From Carcharhinus longimanus (Eukaryota), in assembly GCA_030264375.1 (NCBI GenBank), contig JASCQW010000128.1, forward strand, positions 7,579,875 to 7,643,874: a stretch of DNA of 64,000 nucleotides, read 5' to 3'. Shown here piece by piece: positions 49,556-61,324 of this stretch. The notes beneath the pieces are model-generated. The model was not told the DNA's origin and searched no databases. It worked only from the letters and a program-made list of their open reading frames with translations. Each line of letters begins with the position of its first letter. Position 1 is the first letter of the stretch. The position numbers and the translations under genes were made by a program.

Positions 49556-50044
49556 AGCAGTGCTAACCATTGTGCCCCGAAAAAAGCTTGCATTCAATTA
49601 CTATTCACATGGAAGTAGAATGTCCATGGAGTATGTAATACTAAAGCAAGAATTCAGTGTTGGACCATTTAAGCAGTTGATGATTTACAACCCAGCACCA
49701 AAATAATCACAGGCTGCTGCATAATCATGCAATATAGTTAGATTGTAGTCAGATAAAAATGAGGCCCATGAACAGCTACAGCAACAGAAATGGAAGAAAC
49801 AGAGGTGTAGCTGTTGGTGCAAAAGATATTCATTGATAATGATTTACTGCTTCTTCCAGCAGCTCCACTGATATTTCAGTAATCAAAATCTTACGCTGTG
49901 GATAGGTTTTCTGGATTAGCATTTTTAATACGTTACTATGTCTACCAGTAATGCATTTGGGAATTTCTGTTGAATCACTGGGAATATCGAAGCCACAATT
50001 ACTCTGGCCTTTCCATAAATAACTTCCTAAATACTTCCTTGACT

Positions 50045-50300
50045 GTTGCTGAAAAAATAACAGGCTGTCAAAGCTTTTCATCATGCTCTCACTAGGATGG
50101 ATTTGCAAGAATACAAATTGTTAAGGAAACAACAATTTATGTATTGTATGAGAAGAGAGTGCTGAATGGTTGGCATGGTGGACTTTGATTGTTACGAACA
50201 TTACCATGGAGAATGCATCGGGGAATAATGAACTGAATGCATCAGGGAACAGATGACCACCAAATTTGGGTTTAAATTCAAAGTAGGCGGGTTTGCTCTG
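50045..50300 (-). mobile_element. Penelope-like terminal repeat, family C, degenerate hammerhead
   Basis: Reverse complement ATC-CTAGTGA-GAGCATGAT-GAAA-AGCT-TT-GACA; body collinear with 51520-51750. Confidence 0.5.
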
Positions 50301-51519
50301 GTCCTTTTTTACACACATCCATGCCTACTTTTAACAATTCCAAAGGGGACCTCACCTCTCCCAAAGGTCCCTGGGCAATATCGAAAAGAGTAACATGCTC
50401 TCCAAAAGCTACCCTACCTCTCTCAAGAACTCTACTAAATTTAGAAATTCACTTTCCAGGTCACAAGTTGAGTTTTGGACATCCCATTAGTAAAAATCAG
50501 ATCTGGTTGAAGATGCTGTACTTGTGTGGTTGCTTCCATGAACAATGGATGTGCTATTTAGAACCTGTCCCGTTCTCGCCCTGTGGAAGTTGTGGGACTA
50601 GGTTCGGGGCAAGGCTTCCAGATTCATGCCAATGCAACCATTTTTCGCTAAGGCTCTCTATGCAACAATTCAGGCCAAGGGATTAATGTTAGCAAAAAAG
50701 ATTCTGATGAAAATTCACCCATTTCAAGCATAATCATTCCTCTTCATTCAACTGTCCATTGTAACTACAGAAACAGGGTGGGGACCTGGCATGTCTTTTA
50801 CCACGTCCTGATACCCCAAACATGTCGTGCGTGAATTTGGATTTGTCGTATTAAGTGTTTGCCAATTTGCAGGGGAGCTCCAGAGAGACCGGACTCGTAT
50901 ATGATTTCATCAGCATTGTAGTGAGTCTGTGGAAATATTAGGCTGGAATTTATGGGGGTCGATGACTTCAGTATTTGACATGTTTACATTGGCTGCTCAG
51001 TTTCACTCCATGATTTGCTTTAATGCAGATCACTTGGCATTCTGGAGGTCTACCCTGCATCTGGGGCGAGGCAAGAGAAGGGAAATGTGAAGTAGTTCCC
51101 TTTGAGGGTGTTTTAGCATCCCTCCAAACCAGCTTGCCATTTCAATGATTAAAGAAGACCATGTTTGTGGACAGCAACTAGCTGTCATTATCTTTGTGGA
51201 TGTGACTGCAGCTGTCACAGAACTATCTTACGATCCATAGTTATTGTTAAATCCCTCCCTCAGAGCCTGCACTGAACAAAAACAATATTTGTTCCTCCTA
51301 CTCGTGGAGCACTTGGATGCATTAGGCAATAGGAGGTGTACACTTTAAAAGAAGGTACAGTGGTAGATTTCAGACAACCTTCAACTATATGTATCATATG
51401 GTACTTTTGAGAACTCTACTTCACTTTGGCTTAAACATCTTTTGATAGGCAGGGCCATGTTAAAGTCAGGTTGATGGCAAAATGATGCAATTAAGGAAGT
51501 TGTTGTTTAGTCATACACA

Positions 51520-51750
51520 ACTTGAGTTTTGCTGAGAAAAGACACGTGCTGTTGAAGCTTTTCATCTTGCAGTTATCAGGACAAATTACCAATTTTAAAA
51601 GAATACGACTAATCCTGTGTGAGAAGAGAGTGCTGATTGGTTGATGAGTGCAGTCTAAATGGTAGTCCGATTGCCATTGAGGATGCACCAGGGAACAATT
51701 AACTGCCAAGCGTTTGTTTAAATTCAAACACTGCACTGCCCACTGGTAAT
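51520..51750 (-). mobile_element. Penelope-like terminal repeat, family C, degenerate hammerhead
   Basis: Reverse complement TGTC-CTGATAA-CTGCAAGAT-GAAA-AGCT-TC-AACA at 51550-51584; GAGAAGAGAGTGCTGA.TGGTTG shared with 50150. Confidence 0.55.
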
Positions 51751-51843
51751 CTTAATTTTGTTGTCAATGTAATTCTTATCACAATTCTTAGTAGTTTGGC
51801 AAGTGCTGTCCAATCACAGAGTCATACCTAATGATGACACTGT

Positions 51844-51969
51844 GGCTGGAATTTTACCGGCAGGCCTGCCCAAGGCTCGTATGATCGCGCCCAAGGCCAA
51901 TGGAGAATGCCGTTTTGCAAGCCTTGCGCACCCTGAAATTGGGGTAAGCGTGCTGGTAAAATCAGGGCC
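51844..51969. mobile_element. MITE, Harbinger-like
   Basis: Imperfect TIRs GGCTGGAATTTTACC / GGTAAAATCAGGGCC. Confidence 0.55.
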
Positions 51970-52084
51970 ATGTTTTGGGTTTTGCAGGCATGGGCTGATT
52001 CAGCATGATCAGCCTGTTGTGAACAGCTGATAAAACAGTTTGATACAATCCAGCAGTTATTAGGACATACTGCCTGCATAGCTG

Positions 52085-52615
52085 GTGGGGGCAATTCACT
52101 CAGCCCGCTGCACTGCTCTAGCATCAGCTGGAAACATCAGCCGAGGTCATTTAGCGGGCTCCCTGCTGGGCACCAAGGCCACCGTGTGTCTCCCAGATGA
52201 AGATTTTTCGAGTAATCAGCTCTGCGCCGATTTCTGGCGCACAGCTAATTTCCATATTAAAATTTGAATTTGAATGTGATTAGCAGGCCTGGGACTGAAG
52301 TCTCCCAATGTGCTATTATCTCTCAGTATCTCCCCACAACCCCCAGCAGGACTGGTTACCTCCAGTGGGGTTTACAACAGCTCCCCACTAACAGGGAACT
52401 GGCAGCCTGATTCCACTGGAGGGAACAGGGGCCATGGCAGCCTCCCCAGGAGTTGAGGATAAGAGGGTGGGTGCCCTCTGGGCAGTGGCAGCCTGGCAAT
52501 GCCAGCCTGGCTCCCTGGCACTGCCCAGTGGGAAAGCTGGCAATGCCTAAAGGGCTCATTGTTACTGCCCACCAGGCATCAGGCAGTGTCAAGGGGTGGG
52601 GCCAGAGGGTCCCAT
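52085..52615. mobile_element. Non-autonomous DNA transposon fragment (Harbinger-like family)
   Basis: GGGACTGAAGTCTC..CCAGTGGGGTTTACAACAGCTCCCCAC..GGCACTGCCC. Confidence 0.65.
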
Positions 52616-52669
52616 ATTAACCCTGCAGTACTTTACAACCACACTGTTCAGCGTACCTAAAACATTTCA

Positions 52670-52865
52670 TTACCACAGGAAGTCGTTGATGCCAAAAGAT
52701 TGAATATATTCAAGAGACGGCTGGATGTAGTCCTTGGGACAAATGGGATCAAAGGTTGTGTGGAAAAAGCAGGACTAGGCTATTGAGTTGGATGATCAGC
52801 CATGGCAGAGAAGGCTAGAAGGGCCAAATGGCCTCCTGCTCCTATCTTCTATGTTTCTATGTTAA
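52670..52865 (+). mobile_element. CR1 LINE 3' end
   Basis: TGAATATATTCAAGA..GGGATCAAAGG..GATCAGCCATG..GGGCCAAATGGCCTCCTGCTCCTATCTTCTATGTTTCTATG. Confidence 0.85.
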
Positions 52866-55101
52866 TCCAAATAAAAGACTCATTGACACCATCAATTTAA
52901 AAAAGAAAGACAGGACACTTTTCAGGACTGGAAGTGGTGTTCTTATGTCATTCATGAGTTTTTGCAAAATGCAGCAAACAATGATCTAATCAGGATAGCC
53001 ATTATCCTGCAGGATGGCTTTGATGTGCTCTATTCGGCATCAAGCTTGAATGGTGAGCAAGTGGCTCATACCCTACTTATGAGGTTGCCAATAAGGCAGT
53101 TTTGCAGCACGTTGAACTGTAGGAATCCCAATGCATATATTGACCAATGAAGGTAGTCTTGCAATAGACAATAGCAGAGAACACATTGGCAGATTTCTCA
53201 ACTAGCACATTGAGGAAAGGGAGCTCATTTGACTGCTCCATTGCAAAGGTGAATTTAAGTGCAGGATAGAACCCTTTAAGATGTGTAAAGAAATTCTTAC
53301 ATGCAGCTGCAGATTAAAATATAGCAAACACATCATCTACCTATTGGAAATCTGCAAGGATTATCTGGTGCTGTCAGACTTCTTAATGGCTCACGGCAAT
53401 TTACAGCTCCTCCCCACTGTGATTGAGGAATACAATTCTGCCCATAGAACTTTATTTGTTTTATTTCATCTCCACAAGGGTCCCGAGGTCTGCCCATGGT
53501 GGATACTAAGTGAGTTTTTATGGTAGGTGTAAGAACCTGGATTGGCATGAGTTAGCACAACTTGGCATAACGGCTTAAAGGGCCACGGGGATTAGCATAG
53601 AGCATGTGGAGTATGCGGGGGGGGCGCTGAGGGATAGAGGATTTTTTGTGTTTTATTCATTTTTCAAAATTTGGACACATTGTTGGAGCCCTAAGGCAGG
53701 CCGTCCACCCAACTCACCTCTCCACCTGGTATCCCCCTCACTATTTCTGAGGTTCTCTCCCCAACTTTTAATATAACCCGACGCCTCCATGGACTGAAAA
53801 TATGTCCTCCAGGCAGCCATTTCTAAAAAAAAACAAATTGGCAGAGCCAAGAATTACCCAACTCTGTACACCTTGCCTGCAGATAAAAATCCAGGCCAGT
53901 GAATTCAGCGATAGACACTTAAATTTATTTACTTCAACGTGGGTCCTGTGAGCTGCCCATGATGGATACCGGGTGAATTGGCGTAGGTAAGGTAAGGGCA
54001 AAGGGTGTGGGTGGGTGAGCATTAGTTGGCAATGCTGGGAGCAAAAATTCAGACTCATGTCTACAGCAATTGAATATAATGCTTAGTATAACTGGGTGCT
54101 CAATGATATGACGTTGAATGGAACAAAAAGAAGAGTGTTTTTGATGTCTTAAGGCCAATTTAAACTCATGTTTGTACTGTTGTGCTGTTTTCCCCCTCCC
54201 CGTCCCCAATTCTGGCATTGGTCTATATCTAATCTCTGGCTAATGGCAGAAATGAGCTGGAAATTTGAGAGCTATTTGCACATTGCCACTCAGGCAGAAT
54301 TAGAATTAGGTTTAACCTTTTGGGTATAACTTGCATCATTAGAGAAAATTCAACACTCATTGTCCTTTGAAGAGATACTTAATGTCAACATTTCGCCCAT
54401 TTTCGTCTTTTTGCTACTTTGACCTTTGGAGTTAATCACAAACCACCCTGAGTCGAATATTGCTTTCTTTGAGCCTTCTCTACTTAAACTTAGTTAATTT
54501 ATTCTAATGGATGCCAGACTAAAGAAGAGAGAGTTTTACTTTTATGTGGAATTAACAATAGCTGATCAGGGCCTGAGGAGGGGCTGGTGAGATCAAGTAT
54601 CTCACTGTTCATATAGCATCTGTTTCATCAAATCAGCACCTAAATATTCACCATCAAATGTGAGGTTCTCATTCAATTCCATTCACTTCACAAATAGATC
54701 AGATAACATTCCTGTCTATAAAAAGTGAATATATTCAATCACTACTGCAATTTTGCAGTCAGAATGTTCAATTAGAGAGAATGATAGACATTAGACAATG
54801 GCTGAATCTATCATTAAGGTCTCAATAATTGATAAAGCATGAAATGATCTTACTGGGTTGATAGCAGCCATGTATTTCAAAGACAGGGCTCCTGTAATAC
54901 TGCACTATAGTAATAATAACCTTTGTGATATCCTTGTGAAAAATAAAATAGCTAAAGCATCAATCAGAGTAATGATCATAGTCTGTTAGATTTTTCAAAA
55001 TGAACAACAATCCTGGAATATACCAGAAAAGGCAACATTTTAAAATACTTATAATTTTGTTTATTTGTCAATAATGGAAAAGGCACTATTTTCATAACGT
55101 T

Positions 55102-55410
55102 CATAGAATCTACAGTACAGAAGGAGGCCACTCGGCCCATTTGAGCCTATACTGGCAACAATCGCACCTAGGTCCTATCCCTGTAACCCACATATTTATC
55201 CCCTAATCCCCCGCCTCTAAGGGGCAATTTATTATGGCCAATCAGCCTAACCCGCACATCTTTGGACTGTGGGAGGAAACCAGAGCACCTGGAGGAAACC
55301 CACACAGACATGGGGAGAACGTGCAAACTCCACACACACAATCACCCAAGGCCAGAATTGAACCTGGGTCCCTGGCAGCTGCGAGGCAGCAGTGTTAACG
55401 TGCCACCCCA
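55102..55410 (-). mobile_element. HE1 V-SINE
   Basis: CATAGAATCTACAGTACAGAAGGAGGCC..CACATCTTTGGACTGTGGGAGGAAACC..GAGGCAGCAGTG. Confidence 0.9.
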
Positions 55411-55479
55411 ATATTCATTTTCTTGACTCCTTTTCCCTTGCTGAAGAGATGAACTCTTTGCTGGTGTACAATTCCAACC

Positions 55480-55735
55480 TGATTTGATTTGGTTTATTAT
55501 TGCCACGTGTATTGGCCTCTTTTAGGTTGTCACTTGTATTGGGATACAGTGAAAAATATTGTTTCTTATGCACTATACAGACAAAGCATACCATTCATAG
55601 GGAAGGAAAGGAGACAGTGCAGAATGTAGTGTTACTGTTATAGCTAGGGTGTAGAGAAAGATCGACTTGATGCGAGGTAGGTCCATTCAAAAGTCTAATG
55701 GCAACAGGGAAAAAGCTGTTCTTGAGTCGATTATT
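55480..55735 (-). mobile_element. Rex1/Babar LINE 3' end
   Basis: NRLKNSFFPVAIRLLN C-terminal motif; GATTT microsatellite tail. Confidence 0.85.
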
Positions 55736-56714
55736 CAAGTGATCGCTGTACAAGTTGAAGAAGGTGAGTTGCGACAGGTTATTTGATTGCAAATCAAATC
55801 AAATCCTGCCCTTGCACACGTTTTTAGAAAGGGATTGCTGAAAAACAGTTAGAAGCAGGAACCCCTCAATATTCTGTTTTCTAACTCAAGCCCACTGACG
55901 CTAATTGGAGTAGCCAAATACCAGTCTGGCTGGGATTAACTAATTTAACACAGATTGAAGGACCTTTTTGATCTGTAGGGCTTTACTCATTGTGTAGACT
56001 TGCTGAGTTATTTGAATTTTTGAAAAAAAAAGAAATCCACTAGACTAGTTCTGTGTCTCCAGCTTATTTTATGTCCTTTTATTAATAGTTTTTAGGATTT
56101 TAATAGAAAATATATGTGCACATGGTACACATTTACTACCAAAGACATTTGGCATAATGTTCACTGAAGTTACTACAAAGGTTGCACAATTATTCAGTAA
56201 CACAGAGTGGCTGTGGCAAGTGACATCATTGAGGCAGGGACGAGTAAATGGATTCAAGTTTGTTTTAAAGAAGTTAAACATGGCCTGACTGATGGTATCA
56301 CACACAAAGAGACAGAGGCAAAGAAGTTCAGGGTGGCAGTGCACCAGACAATGCAATATGTTGATTATATAGCAACCTTCTTGCAGGATGCATGTAAGAA
56401 GTAGCACCAAGCATACCTGTAATAAGGTGCTAACCTAATAAAGCCAGTAACACAGGGTTACGTGCATAGCAAAAGGCAGAAGCAGCATGTTGGAGACAGA
56501 GCTCCCATAATCAACAGATCACCTCACAGCTCTGCAGATCTCCCCCATCCAGTTGTGAATGATGATGGATGAGGTTCCATGAACGTACCCTGCAAGAGAT
56601 AAGGTTAAAGCATTTGCCCAGTGTGGATGCTGCACTTTGGCCTACTCCTGAGGACCACACCATTACAGTGGTCATTCTTCAGTTAATTCCATTCACTCCA
56701 CATAAATTTAAACT

Positions 56715-56955
56715 GTTTAAAGATGTGTGGGTTAGGTGCATTGGCCATGCTAAGTTGCCCCTTAGTGTCCCGGGATGCACAAATTGGAGGGATTAGTGGG
56801 GTAAATAGTTGACATTAAGGGGTAGGGCCTAGGTGGGATTGTTGTCAGTGCAGACTCAATGGGCTGAATGGCCTCCTTCTGCACTGTAGGAATTCTGTTT
56901 CTCTCCACAGAGGCTGCCAGACCTGCTGCATTTATCCAGCCTGTTCTGTTTTTTA
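56715..56955 (+). mobile_element. HE1 3' half fused to a Penelope-like family B fragment
   Basis: HE1 tail GCACTGTAGGAATTCT runs directly into TCTGTTTCTCTCCACAGAGGCTGCCAGACCTGCTG. Confidence 0.75.
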
Positions 56956-58005
56956 TAATTACACTATAATGTTTACATCTCTCGATAATTTCTCTGCAGA
57001 TTTGTTCCTCTACATCCTTCCCACAAGTTGGTGGTCTACAGACTACACCAAGCAGTGTACTTGCACCCTTCTTGTTTCTTAAATCTAGCCAAATTGATTC
57101 TGTCCTTTTTCTAATGCCTTCCTTGACCAATACCACCATCACACCTTTTCTTCCATTCCTATCTTTTCTGAACACCTTATCGGTGCAGGCTTGGAGGGCC
57201 AAATGGCCTGTTCCTGTGCTGTATTGTTCTTTGCACATTGTTTCTTGTTCTTATACCCAGGAATATTTAACACCAAGTCTTGCCTTCCTTTAGCCAGGTC
57301 TCTGTTATTGTCACAATATCTTTCCACATGGCAATCTAAGTCTGTAACTCCCCAATCTTATTCACTATGCTCCGTGCATTCACATACATGCACAGTAACA
57401 CTGATTTAGATGTCATTATTTCTCCCTGATGCCAACTCCACCTCAACTTACTCTTCTCTGTACTAGTGCTATCTATGTCTCCTTTGTGCACCTGAGTATT
57501 CCACTCTAATATCCTTTTTTGGTTCCCACACTCCTGCCAAGTTAATTTAAAGCCTTCCCAACAGCAAAATTCTTCCCCCTCAATGCCCCCCCACCCCCCC
57601 CGCCCCCAAGGAACTCAGTTCCAGCTCTGTTCAGATGCAACCCGTCAGATTTATACAGGTGCCACCTTCCACAGACCCAGTCTCATTGTCCCAGGAATTG
57701 AAAGCCTTCCCTTCTGCATCATCTTTCCATTCATCTGTCTTATCCTCCTATTTCTGTGCTCAATTGCATGTGGCACAGTATAATCTGGAGATTCCTACAT
57801 TGGTCACTTTCTACCTAGTTCTCTTATTCGGATTGCGAGAACACGTCCCCCTTCCTGGCTAAATCATTTGTAACAATGTGGACTTCTGGCTCTTCTTCCT
57901 CCCCAAGAAGAATGTCATGCGCCCACTCGGTGACATCCTTGACCCTGACACCCGGGAGGCAACATATCATCCTGGAGTTACATCCATGGCCACAGGAACA
58001 GCTGT
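56955..58005 (-). mobile_element. CR1 LINE ORF1 esterase and ORF2 AP-endonuclease fragments
   Basis: SRMICCLPGVRVKDV..EPEVHIVTND (ORF1); LNIPGY..FRKDR..ESIWLDLRNKKGASTLLGVVCRPP (endonuclease). Confidence 0.88.
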
Positions 58006-58097
58006 GCAAACAGATATGTCTTTACATGTAGAAAAGGACAATTATCCAGCACTAATGGATCAAACATAGTTAGAAAAGATTCAACTAATCAACCAAT

Positions 58098-58405
58098 TGG
58101 GGCAGCCCAGTGGCACAGTGGTTAGCGTTGCTGCCTCGCAGCGCCAGGGACCCAAGTTCAAATCTCGGCTTGGGTCACTGTCGGTGTGGAGTTTGCACAT
58201 TCGCCCTGTGTCTGTGCAGATTTCCTCCCACAGTCTAAAGATGTGCGGGTTAGGTTGATTGGCCATGCTAAATTGCCTCTTAGTGTCTGGGGGACTATCA
58301 GGGTAAATGTGTGGGCTTACGGGGATAGAGGCTTGAACGGGTTGTGTTTGGTGCAGACTTGATGGGCCAAATGGCCTCTTTCTGCACTGTAGGGATTCTA
58401 CAATA
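58098..58405 (+). mobile_element. HE1 V-SINE, CR1-type tail
   Basis: GGGGCAGCCCAGTGGCACAGTGGTTAGC..CTGTAGGGATTCTA. Confidence 0.9.
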
Positions 58406-58484
58406 ATTCCATGATAAAATTAGGCTGAAGTCAACCTGCTGATTAATACAGAATCAGGCTTTACAAAAATTCTCAAAAACAAGA

Positions 58485-59835
58485 CTGAGTATTTGATGAA
58501 GAACTGGGTGGGAAGTATGAAAGATACCACACTGAAACTGAAGATTAGTAAAGGGAGCCAAATAAAACGCTTGAAGGCAAGGTTAGTACATTATGCCACG
58601 AGGCCTAAAATAGAGGTTGACTGAGAATGACAGGTGAAGACAGGAGTCTTGGAAGCTGTCAACATTAGTGAATGGGCTACACCATTAAGAAGGATGGATC
58701 CATACAGATTTGCAGAGACTTCAAAGGTCTGTCTAAATCCAATAGTGTGTGCAGAACAATACCCATTACCCCATCACAATGACCTGTTCGCAGGATTGGC
58801 AGGAGGCCAACATTTTAGCCAACGTTTTATTTAACTAGGCATATCTATTAATGAATGTAGACCAGAAGTAGCAAGAACTTCTGACAATTGTGACACACAA
58901 ATGTCTGTTTCGGTACCGAAGATTACCAGCTGATATCCCCTCAGCTCCATGATTGTTCCAAACAGCAATGGATCAAATCCTGAGTTGGTTAAGCAGAGTC
59001 CAGTGTTACTTGGATGACATTGTGGTTACCAGTAAAGACAAGAAGAACATCTTTGGAATATGGATGCCACTCATCAAAGACTAGAGGATTATGAGCTAAG
59101 CAAGAACAAGTGCAAATTCTTCCAATCTTCATTCAAGTATTTGTGACATGTGATAGATGCCACAAGCCTTCACAAACCTCAAGGCTATTAAAGAGATGCC
59201 CGCACCTCAGTACGTAAACCAGTTGCAATCCTTCCTAGAATTGTTGAACTACTATGGAAGATTTGTTCTAAATTTGGTGACTGTTCTAAAACCGTTGCGT
59301 AATCTGTTATGCCAAAACAAATGGAAGTGGTCAGATCAATGCAATACGCTTTTGTGCAAGCCAAGAAGGTGTTGCTCATGTCTATAGTTCTGAAATATTT
59401 TGATCCAAACCTACCTCTACAGTTAGTGTGTGACGTCTTTTCCTATGGTGTTGGAGCATTGATATCTTGCATCATGCCTCCAGGTGAAGAGAAACCCATT
59501 GTTGTTGAGTCTATTAAGCTTTGAGCAAAGCTGAAAGTAACCATGTAGGAATTGAAAAAGAAGCCTTAGGAATTATCTTTAGAGTAAAGAGATTCCACCA
59601 ATTCTTGTATGGAAGGAAGTTCACACTGTTGACGAACAATTGTCCATTAAATGACAATTTGTCACAGGAATTCCGTCACTTGCAGTAAGTAGAATGCATT
59701 GCTTTTACCTGCACTACTTATACTATGAAGTATTGACAGTCAAGTCTTCATTGCAATACAGGTGGGCTTTCTTGATTACCACTATCAAGTTGTACGGCAA
59801 AAATAGTTCAAAAGGAAGCATCAGCTACTTTGAAC
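58485..59835 (+). mobile_element. Ty3/Gypsy LTR retrotransposon pol remnant (RT + RNase H), pseudogenised
   Basis: SEWATP, EQYPLP..DLFAGLAGG..FS, QCYLDDIVVT at about 59001-59030, [56 protein letters not shown]; many stops and frameshifts; no LTRs seen. Confidence 0.92.
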
Positions 59836-60039
59836 AGGTAGACATTTTCAAGTTGAAAAAATATGTATTTTTTGTTACATTGTGCAAGATTATTTTCTGT
59901 TTTAATATCATAATCTGATTCTAACAAAGTAATAGTCATGCAAAAAATGTCTCAGTTCACCGAATCTACTCAGTAAATTAAAGAATTGTGAGTTCCATTT
60001 TGGCTGCGGTTATATTCTGGTGTAATCTTCAAATTGATC

Positions 60040-60375
60040 TGGGGCAGCACGGTGGCACAGTGGTTAGCACTGCTGCCTCACAGCACCGGGGGCTCACGTT
60101 CAATTCCAGCTTCGGGTCACTGTCTGTGTGGAATTTGCACATTTTCCCCATGTCTGCGTGGGTTTCCTTCAGGTTCTTATGTTGTTATGTTTCCTCCCAC
60201 AGTCCAAAGATGTGCAGGTTAAGTGGGTTGGGCATGCTAAATTGCCCCTTAGTGTCAGGGCACTTAGCAGGGTAAATACGTGGGGTTATGGGGATAGGAT
60301 GTGGGTGGGATTGTTGTCAGTACAGACTTGATGGGCCAGATGGCCTCCTTCTGTACTGTAGGGTTTCTATGATCC
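60040..60375 (+). mobile_element. HE1 V-SINE, CR1-type tail
   Basis: GGGGCAGCACGGTGGCACAGTGGTTAGCACTGCTGCCTCACAGC..GTAGGGTTTCTATGA. Confidence 0.92.
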
Positions 60376-61324
60376 AATCTTGTTACTATGGCCTCTGGAT
60401 TCCATATGCATTCCTGCTTTTGATCGTGATGTGATGCAAATCACAGATTTAATATAAACAAGGTTTAAATGACAGCAGTAAAGTTCAGACCAAAGGTACT
60501 AATGTTCCTGGTTACCAGACCATCAAACAAATGACACAAGCTATGGTGACAACAGTGCTTTTGTTGTTCTGTTTGGTGTTAGTTCATGACTTGTGCCCTT
60601 GAGGAGAGGTAAAATGAAATGAGATTCAGATTACAGCTAAGAATTAGCCAAGAGTGAGAAAAGGTGATTAAAACCTAAATAGAGACAAAGGCTCCTGGTA
60701 ACTTTACCTGCAACAGATGTTCAAGTTTGAATGGGAATTTCGTAATGCTGAGGATGCAGTAGGAATTATGGCCATGAATGTCTGATGGATAGAATCAAGT
60801 CATCAAATTTACTCGTTTCCTTTCAGATGCATAATTATGGAGTGGAACAATACATAGGCCCCTATTCAGTGTTATATTTGTTTCCATAAAACTTCATAAC
60901 AAATCAGGTAGAGCAACCACAAAGTAGTCAGTTACACAAAGTTGGAAACAGTAATAGGAGAAGCATTTGAGAGCTCTGCAGAGATGGCCTGATTCTGAAG
61001 GAAGGTCAGGGCAAAGTTTAATTCCTTTGGGGCTTTATTCAGCAACACTTTTTTAATCAGAGATTTTTAAATTCCCAAACCTTCATGGTGGCATCCATGG
61101 AAGCCTGCTTTTCACTTTCCTGAATCATTTCATTCCAGCTGTGATCCAGAAGAGATTAGACATGGTTCGTATCTGATGCCCCCTTAAGAAGGGTTTTGGA
61201 ATTATTTCATTTTGGATTCTAACATACCTTAAAGAATTGCTGTTTATCTACTATCCCTACTGTCCAAGAATGCTAACGACAACACGAAGAAGCAAGCTTC
61301 TAATGTCAGATTCCAGTTGTCATT

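Noticed and set aside
11651-50710. Other CTGATGA heptamers (11651, 11749, 16374, 27397, 50704) as hammerheads
   Set aside because: No stem II plus GAAA or closing stem I at suitable spacing.
55830-56010. Possible further ancient SINE relics (also 2720-2900)
   Set aside because: Only vague B-box-like similarity; the family cannot be supported without a search.
56207-56404. Protein-like ORF VASDIIEAGTSKWIQVCFKEVKHG
   Set aside because: No recognisable family, no convincing splice sites, and a length expected by chance.
114-60331. Recurrent short ORFs such as VAQWLALLPHS..CTFSPCLRGF
   Set aside because: Translations of HE1 SINE copies, not a gene family.
80-60375. Dispersed near-identical repeats suggesting a CRISPR or tRNA array
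   Set aside because: Irregular spacing, both orientations and ~300-bp SINE structure; no cas genes; eukaryotic context.
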